The position numbers and the translations under genes are program-made. From NCBI RefSeq assembly GCF_009914755.1, contig NC_060940.1: 64,000 nt of DNA; one strand, 5' to 3'. Below the pieces are notes generated by a model. That model saw nothing but the letters and a program-made list of their open reading frames with translations, searched no databases and was not told the origin of the DNA. This document shows positions 39,195 through 53,239 of the stretch, piece by piece. Positions within the stretch are counted from its first letter, which is position 1. Each line of letters starts with the position of its first letter. This DNA comes from the human T2T-CHM13v2.0 reference genome, Homo sapiens.

Positions 39195-41886
39195 TGCGAG
39201 GATAAATGTTTGATTCTTTCCCCGAGCAAATATTGTCCCTGGAGCCGAGTGCAGCCAGCGCAGAGTGAGCTGAGCCTGGGCTCCCCCGAGGCCCGACACA
39301 GGGCCCGCCCCCGGCCCCAGCCCCGCTGAGCCAGACAAGGCCGGGACGGGGGCGGCCAAATGCCCAGCAGGAAGCGGGAGGCGTGGAATTCGTGAACAGG
39401 GTGAAAAATGATGGAAGCTGCCTGGGGTCTTAGGCTGGAGCTGCCCCTCACAGCTTCTTGACAGCTCTGGGCGGGGCAGGGTGGGCTTCTGCAGGGGGTC
39501 CACAAATCTCTGCCTCTTGAGTCACCAAAGAGGGGTGCATCCAGGGTGCACTGGGGGAAACCGAGGCCCGTTCACACCGCAGCACCCCCCTCGACCTGCC
39601 TCCCCAGGGATTTGGGTGCCATGTTCACCCTCTCACAAGGCTTTGGGGACCGAGCAGATGGCTCGGAAATCCCTGCCAAGATCAATTTCTCCAATTGATT
39701 TGACACCGGGCGCTCTCCCTGCAGGGCCGGCAGCCACGAGGGGCAGACAGAGGCGCCAGTGCCCTCACTCTCGGGTGAAGACGCCCTTGACCCCCAGCCC
39801 ATTCGACCCGGCCACAAGCCTCGGGCCACCCTGCTCCCCACCTTGTCCAGCCTGAAGCCCCCAGGACCCCGGTCCCTGTCCGTCCCAGGCCCCAGCCTCA
39901 TGGCCCTGCCGAGCTCCCCAGTCTGGTCCCGGCCACCCACAGCCCACATCTGTGCCTTTGGTCATAGCCTCGTCCCCATCAGGTGCACACCCTCCCCACA
40001 AACCAGACCTGCCGGCACAGCCTCTTCTTCCCTTGACCCCCAGGACGCTGTCACGCTGACCTTCTGGGGACGGTGGGCTCATGACGGCAGCCCCACAGCT
40101 GGGCCTAGGACTTACTGCCCTTGACCCCCTGGGCTGGCTGAGCCCTGAACACGTGTCTCCATCGGACAAACACACCTGCAGGGCACCAGCATGGGGCTGG
40201 GTCGTGGGATCAAGGTTGAACCGGAAGAGCATTCCAGGCAGAGGGAACAGCCTATGGGAGGGCTCAGAGGCAAAGGGGCACAGGGGGGTTAGCTGTGGGG
40301 GTCAATTCAGAGAGAGGAGCAGATCCAGGCCCCTCAAGTTCTGCCCCCATGCTGCCCCAGGGAAGGACGAAGCTGCGCTCACTCCAGCTTGAGAGAGGAG
40401 ACTGGACGAGAGGCGGGAAGAGGCACACACAGGGAGTGTGCGGAAGCTGTGAGTCATCCAGAACACGCAGCGGCCTGGCCCGGGGCCGGGGCCCCAGGGG
40501 TGCTCACGAGGCAGGGGCAGCCCCTGTCCAGGCCTGGAGAAGGGGGCAGTGGCACCTGGCTGGTTCCTGCTTGGAGCACGTGGGAGGACAAGGCCCCGGG
40601 GTCTGATGGCCTCAGTGGGCTGAGAGGGCTGAAGATGTCTGGGGAGGTCCCAGGCAGCCCATGGACCAGGCTGGGCAGAGCCACGGGGAAGAGGACAAGG
40701 CCTGGATGCCCCCAGGGCACCAGCATGAAAGGCCGGGTGGGGTCAGGTGAGTGTCTGGAAGGAGCATGGGCCCTGGACCCCTACATCCTCACCTCCCGGG
40801 GCAGTGGGGGCCTGTGGGTGGCAGGGGCCGCGGAGCCGAGACCCCTTGCAGGCCACCGGAGAACCCGGTGGGGGTGGGGGGTGCGGCGCGGAGCAAACAT
40901 CCTGGGCGGGGTGGCTTCCCGGCCCGCGCGCATCACTGGGTTTTATTGGCTCTGGGCTCCAGCGACTCCAGTGACCTTGCTCAGGAAACAGGCCCGGGCA
41001 GGACGAGGAGGGCGGGAGGGATCTGTTTGCCTGGCAGAGTGGGTGTGGGGAAGACGGGGCCAAGGAGAAGCAGCCCCCACAGGCAGGAGGAGGTGTCGTT
41101 AGCTCCACAGTGAGGGAAACTGCGGCCGGGCCGTCGTGGATGCTGACAGACCCCAGCGGGCCGACCCTCATCCCAACCCAGCCCCATCAGCAGGGGTGCC
41201 CTGGGGCGGGATGTGGGGGTCTGTGGAGGACCTGGAAGGCCTCCTGGGGAGGGAAGGGGGCAGAGGCGACCGGCAGCCATGGGGCCCCCAGAAGCAGCCA
41301 CTGGCCCAGGGCCCCGGGGAAGCCGTTTCCTCCCACCAGACGAGACCCCAAGAGAGTGGGTGGGGTGGGGACGGGGAGTGGGACCAGCTGTGGGGTCTCA
41401 GGGAGGCAGTCTGGGGGAAGACTGCCCCTAGGACAGGCCCCTCTGCCCTCCCAAGGCCGGGTCTTGGCAGCACAAGCAACCGCTGTGGGTGCAGCAGAGG
41501 CGGGCGCTGGCCACGCTGCCCCGTGGAGGCCTGGAGCCACCTCGGGCTCTGCACTCCTGTGGGTGGCAGGAGCCGCCCAGGGCCCCTGGCAGGCTGTTAG
41601 GTGGAGTCAACCTCCTGGGTTCATTCTCTTCTGTCCCCACCCTGGCTCGGCCACAGCAGCCACCGCCTCTGGCTACGTCTCCCTCCTTACTCCCAACCCC
41701 ACCTCCACTTCCAGCCCCATTTTATCCCAAACACAAATCTGTTCATGTCCCTCTGCTGCTCACGAGCCTTCTGTGGTTCCCACTCCTCAACCCACGCTTC
41801 CCAGGGCTCTGTCCCCGTCCTGGGAAACGGGTGTGATCACGTAGTGTGGTTTGAGGAGGGCTCACAAGGATACCGTCAGGACCAGG

Positions 41887-42166
41887 TGCCAGGTGCAATG
41901 GTTCATACCTATAATCCCAGCAACTGCTGAGGCTGAGGCAGGCAGAGAGCTTGAGCTCGGGGGTTTGAGGCCAGCCTGGGCAACATAGTAAGACCCTGTC
42001 TCTACACAATCTACAAAAATTATTCAGTGGTGCTGGTGCATGCCTGTCGTCTCACATACTGGGGAGGCTGAGACAGGAGGACTGCTTGAGCCTGGGAGGC
42101 GGAGGCTTCAGTGAGCTCTGATCATGCCACTGCACTGCAGCAAGACCCCGTCTCAAAGGAAAAAAA
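41887..42166 (+). mobile_element. Alu (AluJ-like)
   Basis: Sense Alu consensus. Confidence 0.87.
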
Positions 42167-43299
42167 GGCCCTTTGTGAAGTGAGGAGTACAGTGCCCTGG
42201 CTGACACCTTGGCTTTATCAGCCTAGAGGTTCAAGGTTTGGGGCAGGGTCCTCAGAACCCGGAGATGAGACGGCTGGGAGAGGAGAGGCTACCTGTGGAG
42301 CAGAGACAGCCAGGGCCTGCTGGACTCCCCAGTTCTCCCTCCCAGGGCCTGCTGGACTCCCCAGTTCTCCCTCCCGGGGCCTGCTGGGCTCTCCAGTGGC
42401 CGAACGCAGCTGGAAGCTCTTGGTTTTGTCTATAGTGGTCGGCAACTCATGTAGAGCAGTGGGATGGGTGAGATGGGGCTGTGGAACAGAAGACACTGGC
42501 CCCTCCACCTGAGTCCCTGTTCTGATGTTCATCGCCCCAGAGAGGGTGGCCGGAGAGTGAGGGGATGCCCAGGATCTGCCTTTGTCCCAGTCGGAGCTCC
42601 TGCCTCTCACCGCACTCTGGTGCCCAGGTCCTGCCCATGGGTGCCTCCCTCCATGGGGGCTTGGAGCTTCAGGAAGGCAGTGCTGGCCATGCCTGTGCCC
42701 TCAGACATGTCCTCTCACTCCTAACTCTGCCTCCAGGAATCATGGTGGGGGCAGTTCCCTAGAGCGAGGCAAGGATTCCATGGCTGCCAGTGCAGTGGGG
42801 AGAGGTTCACAGGAGAGGGAGGTCTGGCTGCTGTTCCTGTCCACCTGGCTATGGCTTTGCCCAGCTCTCTGTACACTGGGTCTGCCTACTGTGATCCCCT
42901 GCCAGGCCCTGCCCATGTGTTTCCTGAGGGACACGGACGATGGTAGTGACCAGGCAGCTTGGAGATGCCTGTAAGCCACACGAGAATATCTAGACACTGG
43001 CACTCATGATGGTGTGAATCCACGATGATTTTTCATTCCTTCCTGTATCTTCCAAATTCTCTATTTCCTCTCAAGTTTTCCTCCTCCATCTGTGCAAGAC
43101 CCCTGCAGGGCAGGAAGGCCGTCCTTTGCTGTCTATGGGACAGCCCTTCCTAGGGTCCCATGTTTTAGTTTCAGGATTGACACAAAGTAGAATGTTTTAC
43201 TTTCATGAAGTCCAACCTATCATGTATCTACTTGGAAAATTATTCTGCTTTTTATCAGTGGGAGGTTTTTCCCCATTCACAGATTAGCCAAATGTCCCC

Positions 43300-43760
43300 A
43301 CGTATTTTTTAAAATTTTGGTAAAATACGTATGACAGATTTTTACCACCATAACCATTTTTGTGGATGGTCCTATGGCATTAAGGACACTTACACTGTGG
43401 TGCAACCATCACCCCCATTTATCTCCAGAACTCTTCTCAAAACCACAAACTGAAACTCTGTCCCCATTAAACGACTCCCTATTCCCACCCCCAGCCCCGG
43501 CACCTGCCCTTCTACTTTCTGTCTCTATGAATTTGAGTCCTCTAGGTGCCTCGCGCAATTCGAATCAGACAGCATTTGTCCTTTTGTGACTGATTATTTC
43601 ACTCGGCGCACTGCCTTTGAGGCTCATCCACGGAGCACGTGCCAGAATTTCCTCCCTGTCTGAGGTTGGCCACTGTCCCCGTGCATGCGTGGACCACATT
43701 TGGTTTTTCCATTCATCATCAGCAGACACCTGGGCGGTGTCCACAGTCTGAGTCCACTCC
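43300..43760 (-). mobile_element. L1 3' end (L1MB-like)
   Basis: tgtggtgcaaccatcacc...ctccagaact...aaactgaaactctgtccccattaaac...tctactttctgtctctatgaattt. Confidence 0.7.
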
Positions 43761-43777
43761 TGCTGCTGTCATAGAAT

Positions 43778-45069
<1,292 letters not shown>

Positions 45070-45305
45070 TGAAAAATACCCCTCCTTGTGGCTGCCTCTG
45101 CCTTCCTGGTATATTTCCTGGTATATGGGGCGCCCTCTTGTTCTTTGGGGGCGAGGAGCTCTGGCAGTCTGGTGTCTGCTTGGTGGCCACTGTGTTATGA
45201 TATCTAATAGGGAAAGTCTCCACCCACCACTGAGCTGAGCTAAAATTGTTTAGAATCCTATCCATTCTTTCAGGTTCTCTTCAACACTGCTTTTACAAAA
45301 ATTTA

Positions 45306-45617
<312 letters not shown>

Positions 45618-45619
45618 TG

Positions 45620-45990
45620 GAGTGTTTACAGAAATGTTCATAGTAGCATTATCTATAACCCATAATAGCCAAAAGGTAGAAACAACCCAGGTGTCCATCA
45701 ATAAACAATGGACAAACAAATGTGGTCCATCCACAGGACAGAATATTACTTGTGTGACTCCATTTCCATGAAATGCCCAGAACGGGGCCGTTCACAGACA
45801 CAGAGAGGAACAGTGGCTGCCAGGGGGTGGATGGGGAGCGGGGAGTGACTGCTGAGGGGTGCCCGTTTCTTTCGGGGGGACGGAACCGTTTGGGAACTAG
45901 ACAGAGGTGACGGCTGAGTGTGCAGTGCCATGCAACTGTTCACTCTCGAATGCTCAATTCTACGTAATATGAATTTCACCTAAACATTTA
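45620..45990 (+). mobile_element. Old L1 3' fragment
   Basis: aatgttcatagtagcatta...aatagccaaaaggtagaaacaacccaggtgtccatca...tatgaatttcacct. Confidence 0.7.
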
Positions 45991-48900
45991 AAATTGGATT
46001 TTTACTGGAATTCCACTAAACGGATAAAGTTACATGGGATAAGCTGCCTCCCCAGCCCGATGCTTGCCTGGAATGTCACAGGGATGTCCCCGCGGGAAGC
46101 CGCGTTCCCCAGTCCCTTCCTGTGCGGTTGACTCATGATTAAAGCCAGCACGGGCCGACCACGGGGGTGCCCGGTGCGGTTCTGATGGGGTGGCTCCCCC
46201 TTGTCTCCTAAGTGGCCAGGGCAGCACGAGGCTGTCGCTGCTTTTCGTGTCTCTGGCCTCTACCAAGCATCCCTCTTTCCGCTCCCACCTGGCACTGGCA
46301 GCGTCCCTCAGGCTTTTATCACTTGGCAGAGAATCGTGACCGTATCTTATCTCACTTTCAGTTCTCAGTCATTGTTTTTTAAACAAATAAACCTGGAAGG
46401 TTGGCGGGATGCAGGTCCTGCTGTCTGAGGCTCTCACAGGCATCTCCCCACCCCGGTTCTCTGAGAACCAGGGTCGCCACTGGCATTCATTAGACACCCC
46501 CGCCAGCTTCCAAGAGACCTTGCACCCCTGCCCGCCTGACCCCTGCTGCAGCCCGACCCCTGCCCGCCTGACCCCTGCTGCTTCTTAGTATCCGCAGCTG
46601 CAACTACCTATAGGCCACGGCGACGTCTGTGCGGGGAGGTCCAGCCTGTCCCTCGGAATAAGCGCCTGGCTTCGGGGCTGCTGTGGTCACGTCTGGGTCC
46701 TTGGCTGGGCCTGGTGACGGGCACTTTCTGAGCTCCCTGGTGCAGGGGCTGGCGTCTTCCCGGGACTCTCTTCCTCAGGACCACCTGCCACCCTGGCAGC
46801 ACAGGCTCACTGGAATCACAGAGGCTGGAGACCCCAGGGCAGCCGGGCCAGGGCCAGGGCCAGGGAAAGGAACGGTTGTCTGGGATTCTGGGGTGCTTCC
46901 CCAGCACAGAACAGGCAGCCTGCGAGAGGAGATGTCCTCCCTGGCCCTGGGGTGGTCCGGACCCCTGGCTCCCATCTCCCATCCAGCCCTGCTCTCTCAC
47001 CGGGGCCAAGAACCTCTGCATGGCCAGCCGGGACCCCCACCCCCAGCAGCCCATACCCCCCACCTCTGGTTCTTCAAGCACCTGCCACACTTGACCCCAA
47101 CAGGCTCCTCCTGGGGATCCCCCCAAGCAGGAACCCCTGGAGCCGTGCAGCTGTCCTCCGGGGCCTGGACACCAAGGGCTCGGCTCTGGGCAGTGCCCAC
47201 TTTGGACCTGCAAGCCCAGGGCCCCTCACAGCTGCTCTGGGGTCCCCGACAGAGGCCTTTGCGCACCCCCTGCTGCACGGGAAGCTGAGGCGACAGGCAG
47301 AGCTGGCAGGGACACGGGCTCTGTGTGGGGTGGGCGGGACGTGGCTGCAGCCTGGCTCTGCCTGCGTGGCACTGGGTGTCCTCACTTGGGAACGGGCTGA
47401 GTGAGCACAAGGCTCCCCAGAGTGCTGACCAGGCGCCCTGCTGCTGCAGCCAGGACCAGGCTGTGGGCTTCTCTCCTGGCACCTCTTAGCGCCACCGGCC
47501 GTCAGCACACGGGGTAGGGCTGGGGGTGTCCCGGTCGGGGTGGGAGGCCTGGGGTCTGCCAATCTCCCCTCGGCCCACCCCTTCCTGTTCGGGCGCCTTT
47601 CTCTCTAAGGCGGAAGCCTCTGTGCCAAGGCCCCGTGAGTGCCCGGAGATGGCTCCGACCCCTGCCGGTTGCCGGGCGCCCTGGGTGTGTCCCGCTATCC
47701 CAGCCAGGAGCAGACTCAGGCCCTGGGCCAAAGTGCAGCCTGAGGCCCCGCCCACCTCAGTGTGGGGCGAAGGAGAGGGAAGGTTCCGGGTCCAGCCCCA
47801 GCGCCAGTGCCCCTCCTGTCTCTAGCAGGGCCAGGGTTCACCAGCCACGGCCACCGGCCCCAGCCCCTCCTGTCCTTGGTTGTCACCACACTTCCAGAAG
47901 CCCTGCTACCGCCCCCCCACAGACACACAAGGTGGGACTTGAGTACGGGGCCACTTGGGGGTGCTGAGGGGCAGCCTGGCCCCAGGGACAGCCTCAGGGA
48001 AAGAGGTGGATGCCGGGCGACTTGGGAGGCAGCAGGCTTGGGCAGTGGGTGGGGGTGGCGCAGCCGGGACAGAGCCCCTCTCCCTGCAGAGGGGCCATGT
48101 GTGCACAGCAAATGGCGGGCCCCTGTAGCCGCCCCTCCTCCTGTCCTGCGCTGTTGGGGGCCACGCTTGTTCCCCCGCCTGCCTGGGGAGTGGCTCCAGC
48201 ACACACACGCGGGTTCTGCAGACTCTGGCCGGGCCTCGGAGCACCATCTCCCAAGGGCAGGGCACCCTCTGTCCCAGGACAGGAGTGAGGCGAAGTGGAG
48301 AGGCGGGCGCGCCAGCCGGGGCTCCCAGAGTCCCCACAGGCGGACGTCTGTCTGTAAGGAGGGGACGGCACTTCCTGAGGGTGGGGCTGGGAGGTCCGGA
48401 GTCTTCACACAAAAACGGCGGCTGTGTTGGGAGATGGCCCCTGACCCCCATCTCCTGCCACCCTGCCCCCTCCTCCCCCGGTTCCTTTGCCCGACGCCCA
48501 CTGCCGGTTGCCCCCAGGCCTGGCCCAGTGGTGGGTGGTGGGGATGACTGAGCAGCCCCTCAGGCTGGGGCCCCACAGCAACAGGGAGGGTCACTGTTCC
48601 CAGCTGCTTCCTCCCAGCCAGTGTGTGCTGCCAGATGGACAGACAAGGTCCCCCTGACCTGGGGGCTGCAGCCCGTGCCCTCCTACCTCCCTCCTCGGCT
48701 GGCCCCACCCTGCAGGGTGCACCCTGATGTTGGGGGCTGTCCTCTCACAGACCCTCCTGGGGCAGGCTGTGGGCCCAGCTGCTCAGAGATTGGTCAGTAC
48801 TGGTGGGGGCCCCTGTGGGGAGGGAGTGGGGGCAGGGCAGGCCCTAAAGAGGGGGATGGGCGAGCCGGGCACTCCATGGGCCGGGATGTCCCAGAGTGGA

Positions 48901-50002
48901 CAAGGATCAAGGGGCCGTGGGGGCACCTGGGACCCCGCATCCCTTCATCTGTTCGGCACCCATGGGCCCCCATGAGCCCACGCTGGGTGCACCTGTGGGG
49001 GCTCTCCTGCCCCCACCCGGGGATGCTTTATGGAAGGCCTTGTGAGGGTTCCAGGCAGCATGGCTGAGCTGCTCCTGATGCTGCTCCTGCCCGGGCCCAG
49101 TGGCCGCGCTGCCACAAATAGCACACCAAGGAGGAGGAGGCGGTGCGTGGGAGGCTGGGCCGGAGGGGCTGGGAAGAGGGGGAGGGAGGCCCAGGTCAGG
49201 TGGAGGTGGTTCCAGAGACAAGTGAGCACGTGGCTGGGAGAGCTTCCGGGAGGGGCCACAGCTGCTCCAGCCGGGGAGGGTAACAGAGGCTTCCAGTGAC
49301 CAGAGCTGGGCCAGCCTCTTGCCTGGAGGGACCGACCCACCCACACTCCCAAATGGGGCCCTCTCTGCCCCCACAACTGCAGCCAGGCCATGTGGACCTG
49401 ACTTTCATCCCTGTCTAAGCATAAGGCAACTCCGTGGGGGTCTGAGGCTTCCTCCGGCTCTGGTGCCCATCAGGGTCCAATCTTCCTCCAGCCCCCACAC
49501 ATTCAGACAGACTGAGGACCCATGAGCCCCCAAAACTGACCCCCTGCGCTCAGCCGCGTGTTTCCTGCCAAGGACAAGCCACCACTAGAGCAGCCCCACC
49601 CTCCCGGCCACCGTGAGTGCTGGGTGCCCCTCACACCGCCTGGAAGTGACCGTCTTCCTTCCACCCTTTTGGCCTCCCCTGGGTCCATCCACACCGGGCA
49701 GGTGCTTGGCAAATACGCAATGTCGAATGAATGTCTCCTCAGCAAGGGTGCCTGGCACAGCTTTTATAAGCAGAATGGCCCCTCGGCCGTGAGGGCGAGT
49801 ACCTGGGTGAGCAACCGGGCTCCGACCACCCCATGAGGAGGCACCCAGCTCGCTCTACCACCTGGCTACGCCCACCGCACACCCAGTACCACAGGCCTCC
49901 GTCCATGTGGCTTCATGTGGTCCTTTCCTGTGCGCCAGCCCCTGTGAGGGCAGGTGCGGGTCAGACTTGCTCCCAACACACCCAGCACTCCACATGGCCC
50001 AG

Positions 50003-51675
50003 TCCCTGCACACAGTCGGCACTCAATCAATCCCTGCACACAGCTGGCACTCAATCAGTCCCTGCACACAGTCGGCGCTCAATCAATCCCTGCACACAGT
50101 CGGCGCTCAATCAATCCCTGCACACAGTCGGGGCACAACCAATCCCTGCACACAGTCGGCGCTCAATCAATCACTGCACACAGTCGGCACTCAACCAATC
50201 ACAGCACACAGTCGTCGCTCAACCAATCACAGCACACAGTCGGCACTCAACCAATCCCTGCACACAGTCGGCGCTCAACCAATCACAGCACACAGTCGGC
50301 GCTCAATCAATCCCTGCACACAGTCGGCGCTCAACCAATCCCTGCACACAGTCGGCGCTCAACAAATCACTGCACACAGTCGGCGCTCAACCAATCACAG
50401 CACACAGTCGGCGCTCAACCAATCACAGCACACAGTCGGCGCTCAACCAATCCCTGCACACAGTCGGCGCTCAACCAATCCGTGCACACAGTCGGCGCTC
50501 AACCAATCACAGCACACAGTCGTCGCTCAACCAATCACAGCACACAGTCGGCACTCAACCAATCCCTGCACACAGTCGGCGCTCAACCAATCACAGCACA
50601 CAGTCGGCGCTCAATCAATCCCTGCACACAGTCGGCGCTCAACCAATCCCTGCACACAGTCGGCGCTCAACAAATCACTGCACACAGTCGGCGCTCAACC
50701 AATCACAGCACACAGTCGGCGCTCAACCAATCCCTGCACACAGTCGGCGCTCAACCAATCCGTGCACACAGTCAGCGCTCAACCAATCACAGCACACAGT
50801 CGGCGCTCAACCAATCACTGCACACAGTCGGCGCTCAACCAATCCGTGCACACAGTCGGCGCTCAACCAATCCCTGCACACAGTCGGCGCTCAACAAATC
50901 ACAGCACACAGTCGGCGCTCAATCAATCCCTGCACACAGTCGGCGCTCAACGAATCCCTGCACACAGTCGGCGCTCAATCAATCCCTGCACACAGTCGGC
51001 GCTCAACCAATCCCTGCACACAGTCGGCGCTCAACAAATCACAGCACACAGTCGGCGCTCAATCAATCCCTGCACACAGTCGGCGCTCAACCAATCCGTG
51101 CACACAGTCGGCGCTCAACCAATCACTGCACACAGTCGGCGCTCAACCAATCACAGCACACAGTCGGCGCTCAATCAATCCCTGCACACAGTCGGCGCTC
51201 AACGAATCCGTGCACACAGTCGGCGCTCAATCAATCCCTGCACACAGTCGGCGCTCAACCAATCCCTGCACACAGTCGGCGCTCAACAAATCACAGCACA
51301 CAGTCGGCGCTCAATCAATCCCTGCACACAGTCGGCGCTCAACCAATCCCTGCACACAGTCGGCGCTCAACCAATCACTGCACACAGTCGGCGCTCAACC
51401 AATCACAGCACACAGTCGGCGCTCAACCAATCCCTGCACACAGTCGGTGCTCAACAAATCACAGCACACAGTCGGCGCTCAATCAATTCCTGCACACAGT
51501 CGGCGCTCAACCAATCACAGCACACAGTCGGCGCTCAACCAATCACAGCACACAGTCGGCGCTCAACCAATCCCTGCACACAGTCGGCGCTCAACAAATC
51601 ACTGCACACAGTCGGCGCTCAACCAATCCCTGCACACAGTCAGCGCTCAACAAATCACTGCACACAGTCGGCGCT
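50003..51675. repeat. Minisatellite/VNTR, 28-bp unit, ~60 copies
   Basis: Unit CACACAGTCGGCGCTCAA(CC/TC/CA/CG)AATC(CCT/ACA/ACT/CGT)G. The 28-aa periodicity in all three + frames confirms a 28-bp period. Confidence 0.98.
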
Positions 51676-51691
51676 GAAGCTCCGCTGCCCG

Positions 51692-51786
51692 CCCACCCCA
51701 CCACACCCACACCCACCCACACACACACACCCACACCCACCCCCACACACACACACACAGACACACACACACACGCGCGCGCGCGC
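51692..51786. repeat. (CCCA)n/(CA)n/(CG)n microsatellite
   Basis: cacccaccc...acacacacac...gcgcgcgcgcgc; alternating purine-pyrimidine tract. Confidence 0.9.
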
Positions 51787-51817
51787 CCGGTGCTCAGCCG
51801 CGGGGCCCCTCACCCGG

Positions 51818-52368
51818 CTACAGCTCGGCGGCCGGCTTGACCAGGTGGCCGCTGAAGGTGATGTAGAGGTCTCCGTGCTCGCCGTAGATGGCGTTGTCCC
51901 GGTCGCGCTGGAACATGCGCACCCAGACGGCGTCGCCCGCCGCCAGCAGCAGCATCAGGCTCTGGGCCTGCATGACGCTGCGCTCGCTGGGCTGCGCGTA
52001 GAGCACGGCCGCGGGCCGCCGGTTCAGCATGATGTGCAGGTAGGTCTCCTTGTAGTTCCAGGTGTGCACGTTGAGGCTGAGGAAGTAGACGCCGGGCACC
52101 GTGCAGAGGAAGCGGCCCGCGGCCAGGTCGAAGGCGCCGTCCAGGTTCACCAGCTCCGTGTCGAAGGGCACCGCCTGGAAGTGGTCGGAGCTGTGCAGGC
52201 CCTCGCGCCGGCCCACGGAGAAGGCGGCGTAGGCACGTCGGCACGCGGCGCCCGGCGGCCCCACCTGCCCCTTCTGGCCTCTGCGGCCCTGCAGGCCCCG
52301 GGCGCCTGGCGGCCCCTCTTTCCCGCTCCTGCCGGCCCGACCTCGGACGCCGGCCTCACCCTTCTCAC
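51818..52368 (-). CDS. C1QTNF8: C1QTNF8 second coding exon (Gly-X-Y collagen repeat and globular C1q domain)
   Basis: Acceptor cccctgcAG| at 52370-52369. Translation [16 protein letters not shown]...AYAAFSVGR...[12 protein letters not shown]...[14 protein letters not shown]. 208+551 nt = 252 aa plus stop. Confidence 0.97.
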
Positions 52369-53031
52369 CTGCAGGGGACAAACGAAAGCCACGGGTCGGG
52401 GCCGGGCTGGGCAGGCCTCCCCCATTCCAGCACCCAGGCCAGGGGCTGGGGCTCAAGGGTCACTGTAAGGACACACTCTTTGCAAGTGACGGCCCCTCTC
52501 CCAGTCTCCGCGTCCACGTCTGTAAGATGGGGAGAAGCCGTTCTCCAAAGGTGTGGCTAGACCAAGGCCTGTGGCAAGGCCGTCCCCACCGAGAGGGTGG
52601 GGACATGGGTGGTCAGGGCCAGCTACGGTCTGCGTTGGGTGTTAAAGAATGAGAAGGCTGGGAAGGTCCTACCCAAGCCTAACCTTAGTACAGCCTTCGG
52701 GACAGCGCAGCCGTGTCAAGGGGTCTCAGAGCAAGCGGGCTGCCCAGGCTCCCTTCCCAAGGGGCTGCTACTTTGGGGATCTCAGGAACCCTGGCCCCCT
52801 TCCCCAGGATCCTCAGCACCCCACTTTGGTTCATGGGTCCCTCCCCAAGCCAGGCTTCTTCCTGCTTGCGGGGGGAGCCCAGGGGTCCCTGTGCAGGGAG
52901 CGCTGCCAGGGCAGACACTGGTGCTCAGCGTGCCCCTCCCGCCCCTCCTCCCAAGCCCCAGGTGCTCCCCACTCCCTGTGGGCTGTTGGGTCCTGGTGGG
53001 GGAGCATGCAGGCAGCACCCACGGGCCTCAC

Positions 53032-53239
53032 CTTTGAGGATTTCGATGTCTATAGTGGGCCGTACTCGAGGCAGCCCCCTCCACAGGTCCCCCCTCCACA
53101 GGTCCCTGTCACTCACCCGGGCATAGGGTCCAGGGGGCCAGGCCGGGCGGCAGCAGTGCACACAGGGCCTCCTGGGCAGCCCGGGCCAGGCCCCCACGGG
53201 CAGCAGCAGTGCTAGGAGCAGCAGGGCGGGGGCTGCCAT
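53032..53239 (-). CDS. C1QTNF8: C1q/TNF-related protein 8, first coding exon (signal peptide and Cys-containing N-terminal region)
   Basis: Translation [34 protein letters not shown]...DIEILK(G). Upstream acceptor cctctttcctctcccccAG| (exon starts 53250). Donor AAAG|GTGAGG at 53031. 208 nt, phase 1. Confidence 0.96.

Larger units (their letters stand above)
48352..51813 (-). other. C1QTNF8: Probable C1QTNF8 3'UTR intron containing the 28-bp VNTR
   Basis: Donor CGG|GTGAGG lies 4 nt after the TAG (GT at 51813-51812). Good acceptor ccgtcccctccttacAG| at 48353-48352. The pairing is inferred. Confidence 0.6.

Noticed and set aside
37000-39200. Cryptic introns for truncated sst5TMD4/sst5TMD5 isoforms described in the literature
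   Set aside because: I cannot place their boundaries from the sequence alone.
50003-51675. CRISPR-like appearance of 28-bp repeats
   Set aside because: The units are head-to-tail with no unique spacers, there are no cas genes, and the context is human DNA.
49833-52468. Three long + ORFs (614, 853 and 628 aa)
   Set aside because: They result from a stop-free 28-bp VNTR (the same 28-aa peptide in all frames) plus the antisense shadow of the C1QTNF8 exon.
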